From: Spirochaetia bacterium
Lineage (GTDB): Bacteria; Spirochaetota; Spirochaetia; DAHUYW01
Direction: 5' to 3'
NCBI GenBank assembly: GCA_030041455.1
Contig: JASHNV010000119.1
Span: 19,787-83,786 of the forward strand
DNA length: 64,000 bases
The stretch's first letter is position 1. Each line of letters starts with the position of its first letter. The notes under the pieces were generated by a model that was not told where the DNA came from, made no database searches, and saw only the letters and a list, made by a program, of their open reading frames with translations. Below, piece by piece: positions 50,066 through 58,888 of this stretch. The position numbers were made by a program, and so were the translations under genes.

Positions 50066-52311
50066 GGCCCGGGATCGAGCCTCGCGCGCTGCAGGGCGAA
50101 GGAGCTCGCGATCACGGTGATCGAGCTGAGCGCCATCGCCGCCTCGGCAAGGACCGGGTGCAGCAGGCCGAGCGCCGCGGCGGGAACGCAGACGAGGTTA
50201 TAGAGCGCCGCCCAGAGCAGGTTCCGCTTGATCGTGCGGAGCGTCGCGCGGCTCAGGCGCACGGCCTTCGCGACGGCGCTCAAGGAGGCCTGAGCGAGCA
50301 CGATGTCGCCGGCCTCAACGGCGATGTCCGCTCCGGTCGCGAGCGCCATGCCGACGTCGGCCTGCGCGAGCGCGGGGGCGTCGTTGACGCCGTCGCCGAC
50401 CATCGCGACGAGCCTCCCCGCCTCCTGGAGGCGCTTCACCTCCTCGGCCTTGTCCCCGGGAAGAAGTCCGGCCGAGATCCGCTCAATTCCGACCTCGCAC
50501 GCGATCGAGCGGGCGGAGCGAACGCCGTCTCCGGTGAGCATCACCGGCTCGATGCCGAGCGCCTTGAGCTCCTCGATCGCGCGAGCGGCACCGGGTCTCA
50601 CCCGGTCCGCGACCGCGATGAGGCCTGAGAGCGCGCCGTCGAGCGCGACGAGCGCGACGGTCTTTCCCTGCGACTCGGCTCGCGCGCGTTCGCTCGCCTG
50701 CGCGGAGGAGACCGGCACGCCCTCCTCGGCGAGGAGCGCCGAGCCCCCGACGAGCATCGCCCGTCCCTCCACGACCGCGCGGACCCCCCTGCCCGGGATC
50801 GCCGCGAAACGCGTGGGCGCGGACAGCTCCGCGCCGGCCTCGCGCGCGTGCTCCCGGACGGCGCGCCCGATCGGGTGCTCCGAGCCCCGCTCGGCGGAGG
50901 CCGCGAGGCGAAGGAGCTCGGAGGCCGGCTCGACGCCGAGCGGCACCACGTCGGTCACGCGGGGCGCCCCCTCGGTGATGGTGCCGGTCTTGTCGAAGAC
51001 GACCGTCGTCACGTCCCTCAACGTCTGGAGCGCCGCTCCGCGCCTGAGGAGGATTCCGTTCCGAGCGCCGAGCGCCGTCCCCGCCACGAGCGCCGTGGGG
51101 GTCGCGAGAGCGAGCGCGCAGGGGCACGCGATGACGAGCACGGCGATCGCCGCGAACAGAGCGCGCGAGGACGACCCCGCGGCGCCCGCCCACGGCACGA
51201 AGGCGGCCGCGCGCTCCGCCGCCGCTCCCATGACCGAAGGGGCCGAGAGCCACGCGACAAGCGTGCCGAGCGCAAGGAGGAAGATCCCGGGAACGAACAG
51301 CGCGACGACCCGGTCGGCGAAGCGCTGGACCGGGACCTTCGAGCCCTGCGCCTCCTCGATGAGCCCCGCCACCCGGGCGAGGAAGGTGTCCTCCCCGACC
51401 TTCGTGACCCGTATCTTCAGAAAGCCGTCCAAGCTCATCGTCGAGCCGATCACCGCGTCGCCCGGCCGCTTCGCGATCGGCATCGGCTCCCCCGTCGCCA
51501 CCGATTCGTCGACCGCCCCTCCCCCCTCGACGATCACGCCGTCGAGGGGAATCCGGGAGCCCGGCCTTGCGATCACGACGTCGCCGGGGACGACCTCCTC
51601 GATCGGGAGCGTGAGCTCCGCTCCGTCGCGCTCGACGAGCGCCTCGCGGACCCGTACCGTCGAGAGCCGTCCGATCGCCCGGGAGGCGCGGCGCCTCGCG
51701 AGGGTCTCGATCGAGCGGCCGGTGAGGAAGACCGCCATGATCATTCCCGAAATGTCGGCGAAGCCCTCGAAGCCCGATCCGATCCCGAGGAAGCGGAGAA
51801 GCGCCGGCGCTCCGGAGGCGAGGGAGACGAGGGTACCGATCGCGACGAGGGAGTTCATGTCCGGGGCACGACGCGCGATCGAGCGAAGCCCGCCCAAGAG
51901 CGTCGGCCGGCCGCACGTCGAAAGGACGAGCGCGCTCGAGGCGAAGGCGACGAGACCGTACCACGCCGCTGGAACGATCTCCGCGCCGACCAACATCCGC
52001 GCGGCCATCAGGACGACGAGCGGCGTCGTCAGGGCCCAGGCGACGAGGGCCCGCCGCGCCTCGGCGCGGTCGGCTCCGGCGAGGGGCTCCGAGCCGCCCG
52101 AGCGCGCCGTATAGCCTGCGCGGTCGACCGCCCGCATGAGATCCCGCACGTCCGCCGTTCCGGGATCGAAGCGGACGAGCGCGCGCTCCGTCGCGAGGTT
52201 CACGCTCGCCCGCGAGACGCCGCTCACCCCGGCAAGCGCTTTTTCCACCGTGGCCGCGCAGCTTGCGCAGTGCATGCCCTCGATCCTGAGCGTCTCGACC
52301 TCCTCCGCCAT
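50005..52311 (-). CDS. copA: Copper-translocating P-type ATPase
   Basis: 768 aa. N-terminal MBD GMHCASCAATVE. CPC motif (ACPCALALATP). DKTGT phosphorylation site. GDGVNDAPAL hinge. Confidence 0.9.
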   Translation of the reverse strand: MAEEVETLRIEGMHCASCAATVEKALAGVSGVSRASVNLATERALVRFDPGTADVRDLMRAVDRAGYTARSGGSEPLAGADRAEARRALVAWALTTPLVVLMAARMLVGAEIVPAAWYGLVAFASSALVLSTCGRPTLLGGLRSIARRAPDMNSLVAIGTLVSLASGAPALLRFLGIGSGFEGFADISGMIMAVFLTGRSIETLARRRASRAIGRLSTVRVREALVERDGAELTLPIEEVVPGDVVIARPGSRIPLDGVIVEGGGAVDESVATGEPMPIAKRPGDAVIGSTMSLDGFLKIRVTKVGEDTFLARVAGLIEEAQGSKVPVQRFADRVVALFVPGIFLLALGTLVAWLSAPSVMGAAAERAAAFVPWAGAAGSSSRALFAAIAVLVIACPCALALATPTALVAGTALGARNGILLRRGAALQTLRDVTTVVFDKTGTITEGAPRVTDVVPLGVEPASELLRLAASAERGSEHPIGRAVREHAREAGAELSAPTRFAAIPGRGVRAVVEGRAMLVGGSALLAEEGVPVSSAQASERARAESQGKTVALVALDGALSGLIAVADRVRPGAARAIEELKALGIEPVMLTGDGVRSARSIACEVGIERISAGLLPGDKAEEVKRLQEAGRLVAMVGDGVNDAPALAQADVGMALATGADIAVEAGDIVLAQASLSAVAKAVRLSRATLRTIKRNLLWAALYNLVCVPAAALGLLHPVLAEAAMALSSITVIASSFALQRARLDPGPQYLKAELPMNSRRIESSGT

Positions 52312-52339
52312 ACCCCACCTCCTTTCCCAGGCCTGCGCT

Positions 52340-52621
52340 TTAGCCGCGCTTACGAAACCTCGAGAGCACCGCCATCACCTCGTCGATCTTCTGCTCTTTC
52401 AGCCGGGGCTCGTCGCCTCGCATCGCCTCGGCGACGCAGGTCTGGAGGTGATGCTCGAGCACGAGATCCTCCACCCCGCGCAGCGCCGACACGACCGACG
52501 CTGTCTGGGTGAGGATATCGATGCAGTACCGCTCTTCGCCGATCATCTTGGCGATCCCGCGGATCTGCCCCTCGATCCTCCCGACCCGGCTCAGAATGCT
52601 CGCCTTGTGCGCCTCGTCCAT
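52340..52621 (-). CDS. csoR: CsoR/RcnR-family metal-sensing transcriptional repressor
   Basis: 93 aa. Conserved C-x(n)-H-x3-C arrangement (YCIDIL ... HHLQTC). Immediately upstream of copA on the same strand. Confidence 0.85.
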   Translation of the reverse strand: MDEAHKASILSRVGRIEGQIRGIAKMIGEERYCIDILTQTASVVSALRGVEDLVLEHHLQTCVAEAMRGDEPRLKEQKIDEVMAVLSRFRKRG

Positions 52622-52640
52622 CTGGTTCCTCCTTGCTCAA

Positions 52641-52662
52641 TATACCCTACCCCCCTATGGTA
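52641..52662. promoter_or_regulatory. Candidate CsoR operator: GC-tract pseudo-palindrome ATACCCTACCCCCCTATGGTAT
   Basis: Outer arms ATACC / GGTAT flank a C-rich core. Lies about 20 nt upstream of the csoR start and overlaps the expected promoter. Resembles published CsoR operators (TACC-N-GGTA type). Confidence 0.4.
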
Positions 52663-52862
52663 TGTCAAGGATTCCGCGCGGAAGGACGGGCGCCCGTGGC
52701 CGCCCGTCCACGAAGACGCATCCAGGAGCCTTCGTGCGGAAGACGCCCGCGATAGGACCCGTCCGCCCGATCGGGAGGGGTTCCCCGCCGACCGACGGCG
52801 GGAACGGCCGCGCAGTCGCCCGTCGAGCTGTCATGCGTCACGAAATCCGGTAGAATGCCGGG

Positions 52863-54539
52863 GTGGACAGCCTCACGAACGCGGTGAGCTTGCTCTACCC
52901 TGACGGGACCCCGGCGGCGGGCGAGCGGCTTTCCGAGCGGTGCGTCTCCGATCTCTCCCTCGGCGACATCGCGAGCGCGATCGCCTCGGAGGGCATCGGC
53001 AGGGACGAGGTGCTCGCGATTCTCACCCGCCTGTGCACCGACCCCCGCGTGATCGAGTACCGGCAGGCGACCATCGAGGAGCTCACCGCCGCGCCCGATC
53101 TCGTGGCGGGGCTCAAGAAGGCGCTGCCGAAAATCGCGGAGCTCGGCTGGTATGCGGACTCCCACCGCGTCGAAGGGAGCCCGCTCAAGCAGGCGGTCTG
53201 GCGCCTCGGCGAGCTCGAGCTCTACGTCGACTGCCTGAACGGTCTTCACGATCTCTTCGCGAAGCGCTCCGGCGCGATCGAGTCGCCGGGGCTTCGGCGC
53301 CTTCTCGATGCGGTCGAGGAGAGGCGCGGACGGCCGGCCTTCGCGTCGCTCAGCCGCGAGCTCCCCAAGCTCGCGGAGGGCCTTCGAAAGCGCAAGAGCG
53401 TCACCGTGGGGATCAACCTCGACGAGCGCTTGAGGCCCGTGGAAGCGGCGCTCCTCTCGGTGAACGAGCGCCCCTTCTCGCAGCAGTCCCTCATCGACCG
53501 GCTCCTCGGGAAGCAAGCCGAGTCGGAGCGCTTCGAGTCGGCCGTCCCGCTCCGCCAGACCCCGAGACCGGCGAACGCCGAGCTCTATCCGACCGGCGCC
53601 TTTCCGCTCGCCCCGCTCTTCCAGGACCTCGATCGGATGCTCAGCTCGCTCACGCGGCCGCTCGCGGCGGCGCTCCGCACGTACATCCAGGTGAATACGA
53701 GCTTTCTCCAGGAGCTTCGCCCCGAGATCGCCTTCTTCATCGGGGCGGCCGATCTGCTCGGCCGCCTCAAGGCCGCCGGGCTCCCGCTCTGCCGGCCGGA
53801 GATCCTCGATCGGGAGGCGCGGGAAACCCTGTTCCGCGGGTTTTACAACCTCCCGCTCGCGCTCCACATGCTCGAAGAGGGAGCCACGGACCTCCGGGAG
53901 CGCGTGGTGACCAACGACGTCGATTTCGGCGAGCGCGGGCGCATCTTCATTCTCACCGGACCCAACCAGGGCGGCAAGACGACCTTCACCCAGGGGGTCG
54001 GGATCGCGCAGGTCTTCTCCCAGGTCGGGCTCCTCGCGCCGGCGCAGTCCGCCGGGATCAGCCCGGCCGACCTCGTCATCACGCACTTTCCGATCGAGGA
54101 GAAAGGCACCTTCGATCAAGGGCGACTCGCGGAGGAGGCGGCCCGGCTCTCCGCGCTGTTCGCGGAGGTAACCCGCCACAGCCTCATCCTGCTGAACGAG
54201 TCCCTGTCGAGCACGAGCCCCGGGGAGAGCCTCTACCTCGCCGAGGACATCGTGAGCGCGCTCAGGCTCCTCGGAACGAGGGCGATTTTCGCGACGCACC
54301 TCCACGAGCTCGCCTACCGGATCGACGAGATCAACCGAAACGTCGCGGGAGCGAGCAGCCTCGCGAGCCTCGTCGCCGAGGCGGACGCGACGGGAAACGG
54401 CTCGCACGGCGCGCAGAGGACCTTTCGGATCGCGGCGGGGCCCCCGATCGGAAAGAGCTACGCGCGCGACATCGCCGAGCGCTTCGGCATCAGCCTCGCG
54501 AGCATCTCGGCGAAGCTGAAGGCCCGCAAGGTGCTGTGA
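52863..54539 (+). CDS. MutS-domain V ATPase protein (MutS2-related, no Smr domain detected)
   Basis: 558 aa. GTG start. Walker A (TGPNQGGKTTF) and MutS ABC-ATPase signature (LLNESLSSTSP, ATHLHEL). Mismatch-binding and Smr nuclease domains not recognised. Confidence 0.75.
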   Translation: MDSLTNAVSLLYPDGTPAAGERLSERCVSDLSLGDIASAIASEGIGRDEVLAILTRLCTDPRVIEYRQATIEELTAAPDLVAGLKKALPKIAELGWYADSHRVEGSPLKQAVWRLGELELYVDCLNGLHDLFAKRSGAIESPGLRRLLDAVEERRGRPAFASLSRELPKLAEGLRKRKSVTVGINLDERLRPVEAALLSVNERPFSQQSLIDRLLGKQAESERFESAVPLRQTPRPANAELYPTGAFPLAPLFQDLDRMLSSLTRPLAAALRTYIQVNTSFLQELRPEIAFFIGAADLLGRLKAAGLPLCRPEILDREARETLFRGFYNLPLALHMLEEGATDLRERVVTNDVDFGERGRIFILTGPNQGGKTTFTQGVGIAQVFSQVGLLAPAQSAGISPADLVITHFPIEEKGTFDQGRLAEEAARLSALFAEVTRHSLILLNESLSSTSPGESLYLAEDIVSALRLLGTRAIFATHLHELAYRIDEINRNVAGASSLASLVAEADATGNGSHGAQRTFRIAAGPPIGKSYARDIAERFGISLASISAKLKARKVL

Positions 54540-54896
54540 GACGCTCCGCGCACGAGACCGGGACAACGGTCGCTCTTATCTCCAAAATATCCACCAGATC
54601 GCGGGGATTGACGGGCTATGGAAACACGGCAGGGGGAGCGGGGCGAACATCGGTTCCTTGGGGGGCATAAAAATGCCCCCGGAAAAAAGGAGGTAAAACT
54701 CCGGGGGCGATGGGTGATTCAGAAAAGAACAGGTGAAGGAGAGCGTTTTTGGCCGCAGGCCGAGGCCCGCGTCCGCTCCCCCTCGCTTATGGGGAAATAA
54801 CACCGCTCCGCCTGAATGGTTACAGCCGTCGGGCCCTTTGTTCCCGGCTCTCTCTCCTCGCCTGCTCCGCGCCTCCCGAGAGCGCGCGGGCCTCGC

Positions 54897-55691
54897 TCAC
54901 GCGCCGTCAATCACCTCGGTTCTCGCGAGCCTCCGGTAGCCGGCCGTCCACATGACCGGCCCGAGCAGCGCCCAATAGACCACCTGCACGACGATGAAGA
55001 GGGTATGCGCCGCGGATTCCATCTTTCCCCGGACGGCGATGAAGGTATTCCATCCGCCGATCGTGACCGTCCCGGCCGACTGACCGAAGGCGATCGCCTC
55101 CACGACGGTCGCGAGGATCCAGAGGAGGAGGAACGCGCCGCTCACCGCGAGAACGCTCTTCATGAAATGGTTGCGCTTGAAGAAGATCGCTCCGAAGACG
55201 AACAGCGACTGAACGACGACGTAGTCCGCGGCCGCGAGCCAGACCTTGCCGGTGAGCGGATCGAACAGCACCATGAACTCCCCGACGATCACCTTCGCGA
55301 GGAGCGAGGCGAGGAGGCTGAACAGAAAGTAGTAGGCGATCGTACCCACGGCCCAGCCGACGGTCGCGAGGAGCACGCGCACGAGGAACTTCTCGAAAAG
55401 CTGGGTCGGAAGCATGAACCACTCGGCGTTTCTCGCCTTCGTGTGGATCTCGACGAACGAGCGGCTCGACAGGAAGAGCCCGCCCCCGAAAAGCAACAGC
55501 ACGAACGGCGTCATGTGCACCGTCGCCGTCGCGGCGCTCACCGTGCCCGCGTCGTCGCGGAAGCCCGAGAGGTCGCGGAGGCAATAGACGACGAACAGGA
55601 CTCCGGTGACGGCTCCGATCGGCGCGAGGAACGTCCGATATCCCTCTTCGATGTCCTTGCGCAGGAGTCCGAGAATCCCCGATCCGCTCAT
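54897..55691 (-). CDS. ABC-2 type transporter permease
   Basis: 264 aa, 6 predicted TM segments. ATGA overlap with the upstream ABC ATPase gene. The ORF-track extension to 56111 is an artefact. Confidence 0.6.
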   Translation of the reverse strand: MSGSGILGLLRKDIEEGYRTFLAPIGAVTGVLFVVYCLRDLSGFRDDAGTVSAATATVHMTPFVLLLFGGGLFLSSRSFVEIHTKARNAEWFMLPTQLFEKFLVRVLLATVGWAVGTIAYYFLFSLLASLLAKVIVGEFMVLFDPLTGKVWLAAADYVVVQSLFVFGAIFFKRNHFMKSVLAVSGAFLLLWILATVVEAIAFGQSAGTVTIGGWNTFIAVRGKMESAAHTLFIVVQVVYWALLGPVMWTAGYRRLARTEVIDGA

Positions 55692-56545
55692 CGCTTCTCC
55701 TCCCCGGCGGGAGAGCCGAGGAGCTCTTCGCCCCGCCCGCCGCGCGCTATCGTCATGTTGAACAGCGTCTCCAGATCGATCGCCGGCTCGTCGGCGTCGC
55801 GCCGCTCGGTGACGACCGCGTAGCCCCCGACGACCTTCTCGACGTAGAGCGCTCGAGCGGGATCGGGCTCCTGCGCCGAGAGGCGCATGGCGAAGCGGCC
55901 GGCCGCGCCGCGGAGATCCCTGCTGAGGATGACCCGACCTCCGTCCACGATGATGATCGACTCGAGGAGGCCCTCCATGTCCCTCACCTGGTGGGTCGAT
56001 ATCAGGAAGGTGCGCTTGTCGCGCGACGCCGAGGCGATGAGGCGCCTCAGCTGACTCTTCGAGGGAATGTCGAGGCCGTTGGTCGGCTCGTCGAGAATGA
56101 CGAGGCGGCACCCCGAGGCGAGCGCGAAGGCGAGGAGGAACTTTCTCTTTTGACCGTAGGAGAGGGTCGCGAGCCGTTCCCGGTCGTCGACTTCCAGCTC
56201 CCGCAGGCAGCGCTTGAGCTCGTCCGGGTCGAACAGGGGGTAGAATCGCCCGTAGAGATCGGCGTAGCTCGCCGCGTCGAGGCGCGGGAGGTAGAGCTCC
56301 TCAGGCACGTAGTAGATCTGCTTGAGGAGCTCGGGGGAGCGGCGTCGGGGATTCTCGTCGAGCACGGTGCATGCGCCCGCGCGCGGAAAGAGCAGCCCGC
56401 AGATCAGCTTGAGCAGCGTGGTCTTTCCGGCGCCGTTCTTGCCGAGAAGCCCGTAGATGACCCCGTCCGACAGATCGAGATCGAGACCCGTGAACAACGG
56501 CGGCTTGCGCCGGTACGCGAAGCCGAGCCCCCGGATTGCAACCAT
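55688..56545 (-). CDS. ABC transporter ATP-binding protein (ABC-2 exporter partner)
   Basis: About 285 aa from MVAIRGLGFAYRR. Walker A (GKNGAGKTT), signature (LSYGQKRK), Walker B (LVILDEPTNGLD). Confidence 0.85.
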   Translation of the reverse strand: MVAIRGLGFAYRRKPPLFTGLDLDLSDGVIYGLLGKNGAGKTTLLKLICGLLFPRAGACTVLDENPRRRSPELLKQIYYVPEELYLPRLDAASYADLYGRFYPLFDPDELKRCLRELEVDDRERLATLSYGQKRKFLLAFALASGCRLVILDEPTNGLDIPSKSQLRRLIASASRDKRTFLISTHQVRDMEGLLESIIIVDGGRVILSRDLRGAAGRFAMRLSAQEPDPARALYVEKVVGGYAVVTERRDADEPAIDLETLFNMTIARGGRGEELLGSPAGEEKR

Positions 56546-56709
56546 GCGTTCCCTCGCTCGCCCGCGGCGCTGCGCGAGCTTGTGCGCTAAGCGTACCACA
56601 TTCGGCCGAACAATCAAGTTCGCGCTCCGCACGCCGCTTTCCGGTTGACGATCCGCCGGGATGCGTCTACCTTTGACGCAGTTCGCATCCAAAAAAAGAG
56701 GAGAGCGCC

Positions 56710-57660
56710 ATGAAAAAGAGGTATGGCGGGCTCGCGGCACTCGTCGCGGCCGGGCTGCTGCTGCTCGGACCCGCCGCGTGGGCGGCGGGATCCCACGAGG
56801 CGGCGAAAGGTCCGATCGTGGTGGCCTCGAAGATCGACACCGAAGGCGGCGTGATCGGCGAGATGATCGTGCTCATGCTGAGGGACCACGGCTTCAAGGT
56901 CGTCGACAAAACCGAGTTCGGACCGACCGACGTCATTCGCAAGGCGATCATGAGCGGGGAAATCGACATCTATCCCGAATACACGGGGAACGGCGCCTTC
57001 TTCTTCCAGGGCGTCGATCCGGACATCTGGAAGGATCCGGCGAAGGGCTATGCGGAGGTCAAGCAGCTCGATTTCCAGAAAAACGGGATCGTGTGGCTTT
57101 CCCCCGCTCCCGCGAACAACACCTGGGCGATCGCCGTGCGAAAGGATCTCGCCGACGCGAAGGGACTGAAGAGCCTCGACGATCTCGCCGGGTACCTGAG
57201 CGGCGGCGGCGCCTTCAAGCTTGCTGCCTCCGAGGAGTTCGTGTCGCGTCCCGACGTTCTTCCCGCCTTCGAGCAGGCCTACGGCTTCAGCCTGACGAGC
57301 GATCAGCTGCTCGTGGTGTCCGGCGGAAACACGGCGCAGACCGAGAAGGCCGCCGCCGACGGGACCAACGGCGTGAACGCCGCCATGGCGTACGGCACCG
57401 ACGGCGCCCTCGCCGCGCTCGGGCTCGTGGTGCTCGCCGACTCGAAGGAGGTCGAGCCGGTCTACGAGCCGGCGCCGATCGTCCGCGGCGCGGTCTATGC
57501 CGAGTACCCCGAAATCGCGGGGATCCTCGCGCCGGTGTTCGCCTCCCTCAGCCTCCAGACGCTCCAGGGTCTGAACGCGAAGGTCGCGATCGGCGGCGCG
57601 GAAGCGAGCGCCGTCGCCGAGGCCTATCTGAAGGCGAACGGCTTCCTCGGCGCCAAGTAG
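56710..57660 (+). CDS. Glycine betaine/choline/osmoprotectant ABC transporter substrate-binding protein (OpuAC/OpuCC-like)
   Basis: 316 aa. Signal peptide. Aromatic-box residues pattern (YPEYTG, NTWAIAV) typical of quaternary-amine SBPs. Confidence 0.85.
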   Translation: MKKRYGGLAALVAAGLLLLGPAAWAAGSHEAAKGPIVVASKIDTEGGVIGEMIVLMLRDHGFKVVDKTEFGPTDVIRKAIMSGEIDIYPEYTGNGAFFFQGVDPDIWKDPAKGYAEVKQLDFQKNGIVWLSPAPANNTWAIAVRKDLADAKGLKSLDDLAGYLSGGGAFKLAASEEFVSRPDVLPAFEQAYGFSLTSDQLLVVSGGNTAQTEKAAADGTNGVNAAMAYGTDGALAALGLVVLADSKEVEPVYEPAPIVRGAVYAEYPEIAGILAPVFASLSLQTLQGLNAKVAIGGAEASAVAEAYLKANGFLGAK

Positions 57661-57709
57661 CCTCCCGAGCTCGCATGGAAGATCTCAGGCGACGGGCGGA
57701 CCGGCCGAC

Positions 57710-58888
57710 GTGAGCGGGCCGCGCTCCGACCGGGTGTCGCTCTTCGCCGCGGCGGTCGGCCTCCTCGCGGCGCTCTTCCCTTTCCTGATCGTGAGGCCGA
57801 ATCGGATCGCCTCCGGGATCCCCTACCACGTGTGGGCCGCGTTTCTTCCCGCGGAGACGCTCGCCTATGCGGCGCTCCTCCTCGCGGCGGTCGCGATCGC
57901 GCTTCGCGCGGGCGATCGGTCGTGGGGCGGGGTGGCGCTCGGCGTCGCGGGCAACCTCCTCATCGTCCTCGTCGTTCTTGCGTGCGCGGAGCGGGCGGCG
58001 GGCCTGAGGCCGGCGGACGGCGCCTTCGCCCGCGTCTCCCTCGCTCCGGGAAGCTGGCTTGCCGCGCTCTCAGGCTACCTCCTCATCCTCGCGTCCTACC
58101 GCCGCGCTCCCGGCGCCTATCGGATCCTCGTGGGCGGCCTCGCCGTCGCGCTCCTCGCGGCGCTCGCCTCCGCCGGGGCTCTCAACGGTCTTTCGCTCGT
58201 TCAAGAGTACCTTGCGAGGCGCGATCGCTTCGCCGACCAGCTCGGCTACCACGTGGCGCTCTCGCTTGCCGCCACCGCGATCGCGACCGTCCTCGGCGTC
58301 CCGCTCGGCGTCTGGGCCTTCAGGCGGAAAAGCTCCGAGCGGTCCATCTTCCTCTTCGTCAACACCGTCCAGACGATCCCGAGCCTCGCGCTCTTCGGCC
58401 TCCTGATCGCGCCGCTCGCCTATCTCGCCCACGCCTCGCCGTTCCTCCGCGACCTCGGCGTCTCGGGGATCGGAACGACGCCCGCCGTGATCGCGCTCAC
58501 GCTCTACGCGCTCCTTCCGATCGTCCGAAACACCCACGCGAGCCTGCGGGTGATCGACCCCGGCGCGATGGCGGCGGGGAGCGGCATGGGGATGAGCAGG
58601 GCTCAGCTCCTCGCCTCCGTGCAGCTCCCCCTCGCCCTTCCCGTCATCCTCTCGGGCGTTCGGACCTCCCTCGTCCAAGCCATCGGGAACACGACGATCG
58701 CCGCGCTGATCGGAGCGGGCGGCTTCGGCGTCTTCATCTTCCAGGGCCTCGGCCAAGGGGCCCCCGACTTGATTCTCCTCGGCACCATTCCGGTGATTCT
58801 GCTCGCGCTCGCCGCCGACCGGGCCGCGAGCGCGATCATCTGGATCGTCACGCCGCGAGGCGTGCGCGCCGCCGGGAGGGACGCGTGA
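57710..58888 (+). CDS. Osmoprotectant ABC transporter permease with about 180-aa N-terminal membrane extension
   Basis: 392 aa. GTG start. C-terminal about 210 aa is an OpuCB-type BPD-transport domain (EAA-like loop LLPIVRNTHASLRVIDPGAMAAGSGMGMS). The N-terminal half adds about 5 extra TM helices. Confidence 0.75.
   Translation: MSGPRSDRVSLFAAAVGLLAALFPFLIVRPNRIASGIPYHVWAAFLPAETLAYAALLLAAVAIALRAGDRSWGGVALGVAGNLLIVLVVLACAERAAGLRPADGAFARVSLAPGSWLAALSGYLLILASYRRAPGAYRILVGGLAVALLAALASAGALNGLSLVQEYLARRDRFADQLGYHVALSLAATAIATVLGVPLGVWAFRRKSSERSIFLFVNTVQTIPSLALFGLLIAPLAYLAHASPFLRDLGVSGIGTTPAVIALTLYALLPIVRNTHASLRVIDPGAMAAGSGMGMSRAQLLASVQLPLALPVILSGVRTSLVQAIGNTTIAALIGAGGFGVFIFQGLGQGAPDLILLGTIPVILLALAADRAASAIIWIVTPRGVRAAGRDA

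Noticed and set aside
50303-52318. 603-aa (+) and 611-aa (-) ORFs overlapping copA
   Set aside because: Ser/Ala/Arg/Pro low-complexity translations in the alternative frames of the P-type ATPase gene.
54618-54800. 60-aa ORF in the convergent intergenic gap
   Set aside because: No RBS in frame and composition atypical. The strong SD in this region is in a different frame, preceding only an 8-codon ORF (discussed under the hairpin finding).
56546-56709. Possible promoter (TTGACG-N17-TACCTT) and GGATGCG/CGCATCC inverted repeat upstream of the OpuC binding-protein gene
   Set aside because: The -10 hexamer is poor. The inverted repeat is followed by an A-run rather than a U-run. Too weak to call.
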